Of a stretch of 40,450 nucleotides of DNA, positions 8,745 to 18,324 are shown one piece after another; positions within the stretch are counted from its first letter, which is position 1; each line of letters starts with the position of its first letter. Origin of the DNA: a candidate division FCPU426 bacterium (GTDB lineage: Bacteria; Oederibacteriota; JAJYGY01; DAIDJD01); NCBI GenBank assembly GCA_040389285.1, contig JAZKAF010000035.1, forward strand, positions 1 through 40,450. Direction: 5' to 3'. The notes beneath the pieces are model-generated. The model did not search any database and had not been told where the DNA came from. It saw only the letters and a program-made list of their open reading frames with translations. The position numbers and the translations under genes were made by a program.

Positions 8745-11192
8745 TTAAGTCTCCTTGCCCAGATGTAATAACAGTTCGGGATCGAGATAGAGCAGCTGGG
8801 CCAGTTCGGTCAGATCCTCGGGCGAATGCAAAGGATCGCGTGCGCGCACCGCCTCTTCCTGGGCGCGGTCCAAGTTGGGCTCAAGGCCCAGCCTGCGGGC
8901 CACGCGGATCAGCTCGATAGCCTTCTTTAAAAAATTGGAGTCCGGGTTAGCCAGAGCGCCGCGCACCGATTCGGTGATCATCACGCTGAAATAATGGCTC
9001 GCCAGAGCGGTGTCGACGCGGTAGCCAAGGTTTTGGGCCTCGTGGACGATCTCCAGGGCCTTGGCGTAAAGCTCGGGAGCGGGATTCATATGCCGGTCCC
9101 GGATCTCAGATTCAAAACGCCGGCTCAAGGTGTACTCGGCAGCGATGCGCAACTCGGCCGGCAGTTCGAACCCGGCCGTGCGGAACATCTCCAGGCTGCG
9201 GCGGTTCTCCTGGTAGACCGCATCGTACTGCTTGCTGAGCGACTCGATGATGCCGCCGAACACCGCCTTGGCGATGCGGTCGCGCCGTCCCATCATCAGG
9301 TCTTGCAGGCCGAATTCTGCCGCCCCCGCATCCCCAGAGCCCCCGCCAAAGCCTTCGCGCATCGCGGTCAGCAGCGGCGGCACCAAGCCGTGCATGAATT
9401 CATCCCGGACGCGGGCCGAAGCCTCGGCCAACTTTTCGTCACCGCCATAGGGACCCACGCAGCAATGAAAATCGATGGCTCCCAAATGGACCGCGGCAAA
9501 GGCGGCATGAAAGGACCTGCCGGTCAGCCGGGACTCCAGCAGCACCTGTCCGGTGGTCAGGCTGGTCTTGCCCAGCAGCTCCCGTACATGGGTCAGGACC
9601 TCGCAGCGGTAGATCCCTAAGGCGCCGCCGGGATCGTCCTCCACCAGCGAGCCTATGGCCAGATCCGCGGCCAAGCGGAGCATGTCGACCCGGCTCGGTT
9701 CGACTCGGTGCCTGAACAAGTCCGCTCCGTTGCCCGCGGAAGCGAAGTTGCTTTGGGCTTCGGCAAGGACCTTCAAAAATGCCTCGCGCGGCGGGTCAAA
9801 GCCCAGCTCGGCCAAGTCGTCCATCAAACGCGCCGCGTATTTAAGGATCTGCAGGGTCTCGATACCGGACAGGTCGTTGAAGAACCAGCCACAGGAGGTG
9901 TACATCAGCATGGCCTGGCGCTGCATCTCCACCAGGGCAAGCGCCCGCACGCCCTCTTGCGCATCCAATTCACGGGCTTGCTGCGCCTTTAAAAATGCGG
10001 CGCGCGATCCAGGCCCTGGCTCGAGCACCACGGCGATGAACTCGTCGCGGGCGGCCCAGGGATCCTTCAGCAGGCCCTCGGCGCCGGCCTGAAAGCTGGC
10101 CGCGGCAAAATCGCGCAGAAGGTCAAGAGCCGAGCGCAACGGCCCACGCCAGGCCTGGTTCCAGCCCGGGTCGCCGCCGGTCTTGCATCCGCAGTCGCGC
10201 ATCCAGCGCCCCACCCCGTGGGCGCAGGACCAGGAACTGCCCATGCCGTCCGGACCGTGGTCGAGCTCCATCTCCCAAGCAAACGTAGAGCGGTCGAGGA
10301 CCTCTCCAAAATTACTGATCCGGTATCCGCGGGCGGGGGCCTCGTGCTCCAGCAGGTAGGACAGCGTGCGGTCCCCCCACTTGGTATGGTGGCCGTAGGA
10401 CTCGCCGTCGGTGGCCACACTGACCAGGCGCCCTTCGCCGTCCTTGGCCCTAGCGATCACCGCCATCAGCTCCTGGCTCGAGACCAGAGCGGACCCGAAG
10501 GCCATCTCCCTTGATATCGGGCCGTCGTAAAAAAAGACCGCGATGCCGCGACCCGATCCGTCGCGGTGGAGGTAACGGTAAGGCACGCCGGGATCCACGC
10601 TCCCATCCGGGGTGGGGGTCCACTCCGCTTCCCCGATCTTGCGCACCCGCAGGCATTGGCCCGGGGCCAGGATCACGTAACGCAGGCCTTCGTCGATCAG
10701 GGAGCCCAGCACCGCGTCGTTGCAGGCGGTCTCGGGCAGCCATAGGGATTCGGAAGCGCGCCCAAAACGGTGCCTGAACTCGCGCAAGCCCCAGCGGATC
10801 TGGGTGACGCGGTCCCGGTCATTGCAAAGCGGGAGGATGGCGTGGTTATAGCCCTGGGCGATGGCGTTGCCGTGCCCACCGTGCCGGGCCGCGGATTCGC
10901 GGTCGGCCTCGAGCAGGCGCCGGTAGCCATGCCGGTGATTCTTCTGCATCCAGGCGAGCAGGGTGGGGCCGAAATTGAAGCTCAGATGGCGGTAATTGCT
11001 GGCGATGCTGCGGATGATCCCGTCGGATCCGACGATACGGGCGGTGTCGTTGGCGCGGTAGCATTCCTGGTAAACGCGCTCGTTCCAATCGTGGAAAGGC
11101 TGAGCCGAGGGTTCCGGTTCCATGATCTCGGTCCAGGGATTTTCCCGGGGCGGCTGGTAAAAATGGCCGTGGATGACCAGGTCGCCCGACAT
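8745..11192 (-). CDS. GH57-family / DUF3536 glycoside hydrolase (~815 aa)
   Basis: Starts MSGDLVIHGHFYQPPRENPW at ATG 11192 with a GGGGAGG SD; HDWNER, SFNFGPTLL, NHAILPL, WLPETA, ATDGESYGHH, SSWSCAHGVGRW, MYTSCGWFF. This is the C-terminal part of the 1311-aa track ORF. Confidence 0.88.
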   Translation of the reverse strand: MSGDLVIHGHFYQPPRENPWTEIMEPEPSAQPFHDWNERVYQECYRANDTARIVGSDGIIRSIASNYRHLSFNFGPTLLAWMQKNHRHGYRRLLEADRESAARHGGHGNAIAQGYNHAILPLCNDRDRVTQIRWGLREFRHRFGRASESLWLPETACNDAVLGSLIDEGLRYVILAPGQCLRVRKIGEAEWTPTPDGSVDPGVPYRYLHRDGSGRGIAVFFYDGPISREMAFGSALVSSQELMAVIARAKDGEGRLVSVATDGESYGHHTKWGDRTLSYLLEHEAPARGYRISNFGEVLDRSTFAWEMELDHGPDGMGSSWSCAHGVGRWMRDCGCKTGGDPGWNQAWRGPLRSALDLLRDFAAASFQAGAEGLLKDPWAARDEFIAVVLEPGPGSRAAFLKAQQARELDAQEGVRALALVEMQRQAMLMYTSCGWFFNDLSGIETLQILKYAARLMDDLAELGFDPPREAFLKVLAEAQSNFASAGNGADLFRHRVEPSRVDMLRLAADLAIGSLVEDDPGGALGIYRCEVLTHVRELLGKTSLTTGQVLLESRLTGRSFHAAFAAVHLGAIDFHCCVGPYGGDEKLAEASARVRDEFMHGLVPPLLTAMREGFGGGSGDAGAAEFGLQDLMMGRRDRIAKAVFGGIIESLSKQYDAVYQENRRSLEMFRTAGFELPAELRIAAEYTLSRRFESEIRDRHMNPAPELYAKALEIVHEAQNLGYRVDTALASHYFSVMITESVRGALANPDSNFLKKAIELIRVARRLGLEPNLDRAQEEAVRARDPLHSPEDLTELAQLLYLDPELLLHLGKET

Positions 11193-12680
11193 CAGGCCCT
11201 CCCCCAGCGGCGGGTCAAGGCCGCGAGGCGCGAAGCCAGCGCAGGCGTCAGGGTGGCGGGCAGGTTCCGCCATCCCCAGTTCCCCTCCGCGGTCCCGGGA
11301 CGGTTCATGCGGGCCTCGGCCCCCAGTTCGAGCAGGTCCTGAAGGGGGACAATCGCCGTGCGCGACGCGGTGCCCAGAGCCGCGGCGATCAAGGGCCAGA
11401 CTTTCCCGGCCTCGCCGCTGCCGGCCGCCCAACGCGCGGCCCGTTCCCTTTCGGCCCGGAACGCGGCGACCTGCTCCGGAGGGAGGCGCCTCGGAAAGCC
11501 AGCCCAGGGTGGTGTCATTGTCGTGCGTACCTGTGTAGACCACGCAGTCTTCCTCGAAGTGTCCGGGGGTCAGCTCTTCCCCGCTCCCAAAACTGAACTG
11601 GATCACCCGCATGCCGGGGATCTTGAAACTTTTGCGCAGGGCGGTCACCTCGGGCGTCACCACCCCCAGGTCTTCGGCGATGATCGGCATATGGGGGAAG
11701 GCGCCTTCCAAAGCGCTCAAAAAATCCATGCCCGGCCCGGGAGCGTAGGCCCCGTCCCGGGCGGTGGGGGAGCTGGCTGGGATCTGCCATTCACGATGAA
11801 AGCCGATGAAATGGTCGACCCGCATGGCGTCGAACATCTCGATGGCCCGCCGAAAACGGGAGATCCACCAGGCGTAGCCGTCGGCCTTGTGCCGGTCCCA
11901 GCGGTAGAGCGGATTGCCCCAATGCTGGCCGTCTTCGCTGAAGTAGTCGGGCGGGACTCCGGCGACCTTCAAGGGCTGCCCCCGCAGGTCCAGGTCGAAG
12001 AGTGCCGGATTCGCCCAGACGTCCGCGCTGTCGTGCGAGACGAAGATGGGCATGTCACCGATCAGGGCCACGCCCTTTTCGTGGGCGTAGTTGCGCAGCC
12101 CTGTCCATTGGCCATGATAAAGATATTGGACGAATTTTTCAAAGTCGGTCTCGTCAGCTGGCAAGGCCCGGACCACAGCGGGATCCCAGTCCACCCAATG
12201 CAGGCCGTTTTGCAGGCGCTTGGCCGCCGAAAAACGCGCCCAGTCCTCCAGCCAAAAAGCGTGGTCCCTGCTAAAATCCAGCAGTCCTTTTTTTTGCCCG
12301 CTGTCGGCCCGGCCTTTAAAACGTTCCCAGGCGCGGCGCAGCCTGGCGACCCGGAACTCCGCGGTGGCGGCGAAATCCGACCGCTCGAGAGCCAGGGGCC
12401 GAGGGGGTAATAAGTCGCCCGCTGCCAGCCAGCCCTGCTGGGCCAGGAGCTCTAAACTGATGAAAAAGGGGTTTCCAGCGAAAACGGAAAGGGCCTGGTA
12501 GGGCGAGTCGCCTGTCCCGGTGGGATGGCAGGGCAATAGCTGCCACCAAGACTGGCCTGCGGCGGACAAAAAATCGACAAAACGATAGGCTTCGGGCCCC
12601 AGGTCTCCGCTAGCCCAGGGTCCTGATAGCGATGTGACGTGGCACAAAACGCCCGCGCTGCGGTCCTGTAAAGTCTTCAA
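11192..12680 (-). CDS. malQ: 4-alpha-glucanotransferase (GH77) interrupted by a +1 frameshift near 11480-11500
   Basis: The N-terminal part has WQLLP, SPYQALS, IGDMPIFV, GVPPDYFSEDGQHWGNP, RVDHFIGF, IIAEDLG and YTGTHDNDT. The canonical C-terminus IVPLQDLLELGAEARMNRPGTAEGNWGWR lies in another frame (track ORF 11192..11518). Repaired length is about 495 aa. Confidence 0.9.
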
Positions 12681-12714
12681 AGGGGATCCGAAAACGCTTG
12701 TGTATCAAGTGAAA

Positions 12715-12743
12715 ATGATAAGATTTTTAGTCGATTCTGTCCA
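12715..12743 (-). promoter_or_regulatory. Putative sigma70 promoter of the glycogen operon
   Basis: Minus strand TGGACA-N17-TATCAT, 35 nt upstream of the malQ TTG start. Confidence 0.5.
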
Positions 12744-12749
12744 GCACAG

Positions 12750-12777
12750 TTGAAAACCCGCACGCATCGTCTATGAT
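12750..12777 (+). promoter_or_regulatory. Putative sigma70 promoter of the tRNA-Pro transcript
   Basis: TTGAAA-N16-TATGAT. Confidence 0.5.
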
Positions 12778-12802
12778 AATGGCCTTTCGATGTAGGGAAG
12801 GC

Positions 12803-12866
12803 TTATCGGGGTGTAGCACGGCATCTGCCCTTGGGCAGATGCCGAACCAAAGCCAGTGGTTCAAAT
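12803..12866 (+). pseudogene. tRNA-Pro-like fragment containing a perfect palindrome
   Basis: TTATCGGGGTGTAGC (12803-12817) is identical to 12901-12915. It is followed by CGGCATCTGCCC-TT-GGGCAGATGCCG (12819-12844) and a T-loop-like GGTTCAAAT. There is no acceptor 3' strand. Confidence 0.55.
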
Positions 12867-12904
12867 AGGGTCAGTCAGTGTTAGGGAAGGATCGTGAAAT
12901 TTAT

Positions 12905-12976
12905 CGGGGTGTAGCGCAGGGGTAGCGCACCTGCTTTGGGAGCAGGGGGTCGTGAGTTCAAATCTCACCACCCCGA
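12905..12976 (+). tRNA. tRNA-Pro(UGG), CCA not encoded
   Basis: CGGGGTG TA GCGC AGGGGTA GCGC A CCTGC TTTGGGA GCAGG GGGTC GTGAG TTCAAAT CTCAC CACCCCG A; anticodon TGG; short 7-nt D-loop. Confidence 0.97.
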
Positions 12977-12979
12977 CAT

Positions 12980-13020
12980 AAAAAAAGCGGGGTCTCGTGA
13001 TGAGACCCCGCTTTTTCTTT
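12980..13020. terminator. Bidirectional intrinsic terminator between tRNA-Pro and phoU
   Basis: AAAAAAGCGGGGTCTCG-TGA-TGAGACCCCGCTTTTT, with A and T tracts on both sides and convergent flanking genes. Confidence 0.92.
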
Positions 13021-13039
13021 TTAGATCATTCCTCAGCCG

Positions 13040-13708
13040 CTATTGTCCGCCCTCGCCCAGATGATGGCGGATGTCCTTGCCTTTCACCATGAAGATCACG
13101 TCCTCGGCGATATTGGTGGCGTGGTCGCCCACTTTCTCCAAATTACGGGCGATCAGGATCAGGTCCAATCCGCGGCGCACGGTGGAGGCGTTCTTGGACA
13201 TCTCCGTCAGCTGCTCGTCGAAGATCTGGTCCTTCAACGCATCCACCATCACCTCCTTGGTCAACACCGACTCGGCGATGCTCACGTCCTGCTGGACAAA
13301 GGCGTCCAACGACTCATGCACCATCTCCGAGGCCAGGCCGGCCATGCGGCCCAGGCTCTCGGTGAGCTTTTGTTTGGGCGCCTTCAACAGGTCCATGGTG
13401 TTCTGCGAGATGTTGCAGGCCTGATCGCCGATGCGTTCCAGGTCGTTGTTGATCTTCAGCGCCGCGATGATGGTGCGCAGATCCGAGGCCAGGGGGGCCT
13501 GAGCCGCAAAGAGGCGCATGCAGTGGTCATCGATGTCCACGTGCAGGCGGTTGACCTGGTCCTCGTAGGTCATGATGTCGCCGCTGTGCTCCAAGTTCCT
13601 CTCCAACAGCGCCTTGACGCTTCCCTGGATCATCTTTTCGCAGAGGCCGCCCATGGTCAGCAACTGTTCTTTGAGCTCGTTGAGCTCTTCGTCAAAATGT
13701 CGCTGCAT
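13040..13708 (-). CDS. phoU: Phosphate signalling complex protein PhoU
   Basis: MQRHFDEEL..., PLASDLR, NDLERIGDQACNI, RNLEKVGDHATNIAEDVIFMVKGKDIRH. Confidence 0.97.
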   Translation of the reverse strand: MQRHFDEELNELKEQLLTMGGLCEKMIQGSVKALLERNLEHSGDIMTYEDQVNRLHVDIDDHCMRLFAAQAPLASDLRTIIAALKINNDLERIGDQACNISQNTMDLLKAPKQKLTESLGRMAGLASEMVHESLDAFVQQDVSIAESVLTKEVMVDALKDQIFDEQLTEMSKNASTVRRGLDLILIARNLEKVGDHATNIAEDVIFMVKGKDIRHHLGEGGQ

Positions 13709-14481
13709 CAGCCGAACCTCCCTGTGATGTAATCTTCCGTGCGCTTGTCCTTGGGATTGGTGAAAATGGTGGTGGTCCGGTCATATTCCACCATGCGGCC
13801 CAGCATGAAAAAGGCCGCATAATCCGCGACCCGGCCCGCTTGCTGCATGTTATGGGTTACGATCACCACCGTAAACTCATTTTTCAGCTTCAGGATCAGC
13901 TCTTCGATGATGCCGGTGGCGATGGGATCGAGCGCGGAACAGGGCTCGTCCATCAGCAGGACCTCAGGTTTTGTGGCCACCGCCCTGGCGATGCAAAGGC
14001 GCTGCTGCTGGCCGCCGGAGAGGTCCAGGGCCGAGGCGTGCAGGCGGTCCTTGGCCTCGTTCCAAAGGCCGGCCACTTTCAGGCTCTCTTCAGCGGCCTG
14101 TTCCAGCACCCGCCGGTCCCGCACCCCGTCGATACGCAGGCCGTAGACCACGTTCTCGAAGATGCTCTTAGGGAAGGGGTTGGTCTTTTGGAAGACCATG
14201 CCGGTCCGCTTGCGCAGCGCGATGACGTCAACGCCCTTTTGATAGATATCCTCGCCGTGGATGAAGACCTTTCCCTGGATCTTCACCCCGTCGATAAGGT
14301 CGTTCAGGCGGTTGAAGCAGCGTAATAACGTCGACTTGCCGCAACCCGAAGGGCCGATGAAAGCCGTCACCCGCTTTTCGGGGATGGCGAGGTTGACGTC
14401 GTAGAGCGCCTGGGAGGGACCGTAAAACAGGTTGAGGCGGTCCACTTTGACGGCTAAGGGCTGTTCCATGTCGATCGTCAT
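13708..14481 (-). CDS. pstB: Phosphate ABC transporter ATP-binding protein
   Basis: [59 protein letters not shown]. Confidence 0.98.
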   Translation of the reverse strand: MTIDMEQPLAVKVDRLNLFYGPSQALYDVNLAIPEKRVTAFIGPSGCGKSTLLRCFNRLNDLIDGVKIQGKVFIHGEDIYQKGVDVIALRKRTGMVFQKTNPFPKSIFENVVYGLRIDGVRDRRVLEQAAEESLKVAGLWNEAKDRLHASALDLSGGQQQRLCIARAVATKPEVLLMDEPCSALDPIATGIIEELILKLKNEFTVVIVTHNMQQAGRVADYAAFFMLGRMVEYDRTTTIFTNPKDKRTEDYITGRFG

Positions 14482-14482
14482 G

Positions 14483-16144
14483 TCAAAATCCTGAAGTGCG
14501 ATAACGGTTGCGGAGCCTGTTCCTGATGACCATGGCGGCCAGGTTGAGGCCCACCACCACCGCGATCAGAAGCAGGGTGGTGGTGTAGACCATGGGCATG
14601 GCCGCTTCGACGTTCGGGCTCTGGAACCCCACGTCATAGATGTGGAAACCCAGATGCATGAACTTGCGGTCCAGGTGCATGAACGGAAAACGGGTGTCAA
14701 AGGGGAGGTTTGGCGCCAGCTTGACCACCCCTGTGATCATCAAGGGCGCTACCTCGCCGGCGCCGCGGGCCATGGCCAGGATCATGCCCGTCAGGATGCC
14801 GGGCGCGGCCGAGGGCAGCACCACATGGCGGATGGTCTGCCATTTGGTGGCCCCGCAGGCCAGCGAACCGTCGCGGAGGCCCTTGGGCACGAAGGCCAGG
14901 GCCTCTTCAGTGGCCACCACCACCACGGGCACGGTCAAGAGCGCCAGCGTCAGGCTGGCCCAAAGGATGCCCCCGGTGCCGTAGGTCGGGGTGGGAAGCG
15001 CCTCGGCGAAAAAGATCCGGTCGATGCTGGAGCCCAGGCCGTAGACAAAAAAGCCGAGTCCAAAGACGCCAAAGACGATCGAGGGGACGCCCGCCAGGTT
15101 GTTCACAGCGATGCGCACCACCGAGACCAGGGGGCCCTGTTTGGCGTATTCGCGAAGATAGAGCGCGGCCACCACGCCGAAAGGCACCACCAAAAGGCTC
15201 ATCAGCAGGGTCATCATCACGGTCCCGAAGATGGCAGGAAAAACGCCGCCTTCGGTGTTGGATTCCCGCGGCTCCCCGAAGATGAACTCGACGACCCGCG
15301 AGAGGTAGGCGCCCGCCTTTCCGAAAAAGCCCATGCGGTTGGGCTCCAGCACGCGCACCAGCTGCGAAAAGGCCAGGGTCTTTTCGGCGCCTTCGGCGGA
15401 CTTAAAAGTCACCTTGAAGCGCTCATCCTCGCTACGCAAGGCCTGGATCTGGCCGGTGACGGTGGTGTAGCGCGACTGCCAGAGCGCCGTTTCAGCGTCC
15501 AGAGCGGATTTTTCTTCGGCCGAAGCCTGGCGCAGCTTGAGACGGATCCTCTCGATCTCGAAATTGATACGCCCGACTTCCTCGTTCTCCAGGTGATGCA
15601 GGGCCTTCCATCGCTTCGCCCCTTCCTTGATCCCCTTCTGCAGGCGCCGGTCGAATCCCGCCGAATCAGCGGCATAGGCCTGGCCTTCGGCCTCCAAGGA
15701 GCTGGCCCAGCCGATCAAGGGGCCCCATTCACGGCGTTCGACATAGAGAACGTCCGCTGGGCGTTCACGTTTGACCACGTCCGATTCGTCCACCCACACG
15801 AAGTCCTTGGACGTCAGGTCGCGGTTCGCGGTCATCAGCTGGATGCGAGGCGTGACCGAGAGCACCTTGCCGTTATCATCCTTCTCCTCATAACGCTCCC
15901 GGTCGCGGATGACCCCGGCCATCACGCTTCCGTCCTTCAAGGAGAATTTCTGGACATCCCTGGGCCAGAAAAAGGACGTCCCCTCGAAGACCACGATGGC
16001 CAGCAGGAGCAGGATCATGAAAAGGACCAAGGCGCTGGCCGCGCCGGCCAGCCAGATGAAAGGCTCGCCCAGCTTCACCATGCGTCGGACGCTGATCCCC
16101 TCTTCCATCACCAGCGATCGTTTGGGTTTCTTGTCCAGGTTCAT
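14483..16144 (-). CDS. pstA: Phosphate ABC transporter permease PstA (long form)
   Basis: [54 protein letters not shown]; large N-terminal soluble insertion. Confidence 0.95.
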   Translation of the reverse strand: MNLDKKPKRSLVMEEGISVRRMVKLGEPFIWLAGAASALVLFMILLLLAIVVFEGTSFFWPRDVQKFSLKDGSVMAGVIRDRERYEEKDDNGKVLSVTPRIQLMTANRDLTSKDFVWVDESDVVKRERPADVLYVERREWGPLIGWASSLEAEGQAYAADSAGFDRRLQKGIKEGAKRWKALHHLENEEVGRINFEIERIRLKLRQASAEEKSALDAETALWQSRYTTVTGQIQALRSEDERFKVTFKSAEGAEKTLAFSQLVRVLEPNRMGFFGKAGAYLSRVVEFIFGEPRESNTEGGVFPAIFGTVMMTLLMSLLVVPFGVVAALYLREYAKQGPLVSVVRIAVNNLAGVPSIVFGVFGLGFFVYGLGSSIDRIFFAEALPTPTYGTGGILWASLTLALLTVPVVVVATEEALAFVPKGLRDGSLACGATKWQTIRHVVLPSAAPGILTGMILAMARGAGEVAPLMITGVVKLAPNLPFDTRFPFMHLDRKFMHLGFHIYDVGFQSPNVEAAMPMVYTTTLLLIAVVVGLNLAAMVIRNRLRNRYRTSGF

Positions 16145-18321
16145 AGCTGGCTGTACCGCTTGCGTAGTTGAAGGCGGATCATCTCGGCCACCGAATTGAC
16201 AGCGAAGGTCATCATGAACAGCACCAGGGAGGCCAGGAACAGCACTCGGTACAGGGATCCCCCCACGGGGGCCTCAGGGATCTCGACGGCCACGTTGGCC
16301 GACAGCGCCCTAAAACCGTTGAAGGCGCTCAGATCCATCACCGGCGTGTTGCCCGTGGCCATCAGCACGATCATGGTCTCGCCCACCGCCCTGCCGAATC
16401 CCACCATGACCGCGGAAAAAATACCAGACAGCGCCACCGGCAGCACCACGCGCAAAGCGGTCTGCCAGGGCGTGGCCCCGCAGGAAAGCGAGGCTGAGAC
16501 CAGATGTCTTGGCACGGCGCTCAAGGCGTCCTCGCAGATGGTGAAGATGACCGGGATCACGGCGAAGCCCATGGCGAATCCCACCACCAGGGAGTTGCGC
16601 TGGTCGTAATTGACCGCGAAATGGGCCCGCATCCATATCTTGAGGTCCAGGAACAGAGCGTGTTCAAGGACGGGCCCGACCAGGAACAAGAGCGTGATGC
16701 CGACACCTAAGCCGAGGACCAGCACCAGGATCTCCGAATCATCCGCGACCTTGCGCGAAAAATGGCGGGGCGCGCTGCGCCACAGCCACAAGGTGGCCAT
16801 CACCACCATGGGCAGCACCGGCACTCCCAGCAAAAGCGTGAAAAGATATTTTTCCATGAAAGGCGCCAGCAGCATCGCGGCGAAAAAGCCCATCACCACC
16901 GACGGCACCGCGGCCATGATCTCGATCACGGGCTTCACGACTCCCCTGAGGCGCGGCGACATGAATTGGGAGGTGTAAAGCGCGGCCAGGATCGCCAGGG
17001 GCACGGCGAAGAGCAGGGCGTACAAAGTGCCCTTCAAGGTGCCGTAGATCAGGGGTGTCAGGGAGAATTTGGGCTCAAAGTCGTCGCTGCCGCCGGTGGA
17101 CTGCCAGACATAGTCGGGCTTGTCATAGCCCTCGTACCAGATCTTGGAGAACAGCGCCTTGAAGTTGACTTCCGGATGGGGATTGTCCAGTCCCAAGAGC
17201 CAGGTCTTGCCCCCGCCGTCCCTCACCAGGATCCCGTCGGCTTTAGGCGTCATCAAAAGGCCGCCGCGCTTCCAGTCGCCTTCCAGCTGCCTTTGGAAAA
17301 GCGTCCGCTCGTTGGTCAGAAAATAAAGGCCCAGGGCTCCCTGGCCCGTGACCGCGCAGAAGCCCTTGTCCCTGGGGCTGGCAGCGAAGCCAAGCACCGG
17401 CCCTTTCAAAGGCGCGAAGTGGTGGATCACCTTAAAGACCCGGCCGCCACCCTCGGGGCGGTCGATCAGAAAGCAGGCGACGAGATCGCCTTCGGATGAC
17501 CCGCAGAGCACGCTCTGCTGTCCCACTGGATATCCCAGGGCGGTCAAGGCCTTCCCCTCAAAAACCCTCAGATCCTGGTCGAGCTGCCAGCCTTTGGCGC
17601 TACCCGGACTGGCGCCCGGGGCCGCAAAAGAAAGCAAATGGCCCGTGTCCGTGCCCAGCAAAACCCGGTCCGCGCTGTCAGGCACCAGCAGGCTGACCGC
17701 GTTGCCGGCCGAAGCCGGGATCTCAAGGACATCATTGAGGCGGTCCTGCCGGATCAGCACCCTGCCATCGGCGGCCAAGCCGGCGATCAACAACGACTCC
17801 GTGCCTCCAAAACGAAGTTCGCGGATGGCCTTTTTCTGGGGATCCAGCAACTGCAGGCTGCCCCCCTCGATAAAGGGCTCCTGAATGCGTTTATCCCCGT
17901 CAAAACGGGTCTTAAAGCCGGCCTGGGCCGTCCAGACTCGGCCGTCCTGGGTTCCCAGGGCCAGCCGAAGGCGGTTGTCCACGGCGGAGCAGGTCGGTAG
18001 TGAGACGCCCAGGTTTTGGAGTGGGAATTCGGGGCCCGAAAGGGCTGAAGAGGCGATGTCAAAAAAAGCCGCTTTACCCGCGGCCGAGATAAGAAGCGCC
18101 TTTTCCTGATGCTCGTCGACCAATACCGCCAGGGTGCCCGAAGGGCTGATGGCGATGGGGCGGCCGACCTTGGCGGCTCGGAAAAGAGGCAGGATGGTGT
18201 AGCCGATAAAAATAAAGATCCCCAGCACCGCCGCGATCACCGCCAGGCCGCCGATGCTTATGCACCAGTCGGCCAGGCGGTCTATCAGCAGGGTGCGGGG
18301 ATCGGTGCCCCGTCTCTTCAA
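16141..18321 (-). CDS. pstC: Phosphate ABC transporter permease PstC (long form with beta-propeller-like soluble domain)
   Basis: WYEGYDKPDYVWQSTGGSDDFEPKFSL, EIMAAVPSVV, YDQRNSLVVG, GRAVGETMIVLMATGNTP; located between pstS and pstA. Confidence 0.92.
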   Translation of the reverse strand: MKRRGTDPRTLLIDRLADWCISIGGLAVIAAVLGIFIFIGYTILPLFRAAKVGRPIAISPSGTLAVLVDEHQEKALLISAAGKAAFFDIASSALSGPEFPLQNLGVSLPTCSAVDNRLRLALGTQDGRVWTAQAGFKTRFDGDKRIQEPFIEGGSLQLLDPQKKAIRELRFGGTESLLIAGLAADGRVLIRQDRLNDVLEIPASAGNAVSLLVPDSADRVLLGTDTGHLLSFAAPGASPGSAKGWQLDQDLRVFEGKALTALGYPVGQQSVLCGSSEGDLVACFLIDRPEGGGRVFKVIHHFAPLKGPVLGFAASPRDKGFCAVTGQGALGLYFLTNERTLFQRQLEGDWKRGGLLMTPKADGILVRDGGGKTWLLGLDNPHPEVNFKALFSKIWYEGYDKPDYVWQSTGGSDDFEPKFSLTPLIYGTLKGTLYALLFAVPLAILAALYTSQFMSPRLRGVVKPVIEIMAAVPSVVMGFFAAMLLAPFMEKYLFTLLLGVPVLPMVVMATLWLWRSAPRHFSRKVADDSEILVLVLGLGVGITLLFLVGPVLEHALFLDLKIWMRAHFAVNYDQRNSLVVGFAMGFAVIPVIFTICEDALSAVPRHLVSASLSCGATPWQTALRVVLPVALSGIFSAVMVGFGRAVGETMIVLMATGNTPVMDLSAFNGFRALSANVAVEIPEAPVGGSLYRVLFLASLVLFMMTFAVNSVAEMIRLQLRKRYSQL

Positions 18322-18324
18322 TGC

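Noticed and set aside
8745-12680. 1311-aa ORF as a natural single gene
   Set aside because: The MalQ C-terminus lies in another frame, and GH57 has its own SD and a TGATG-coupled start. It is best read as two genes plus a frameshift.
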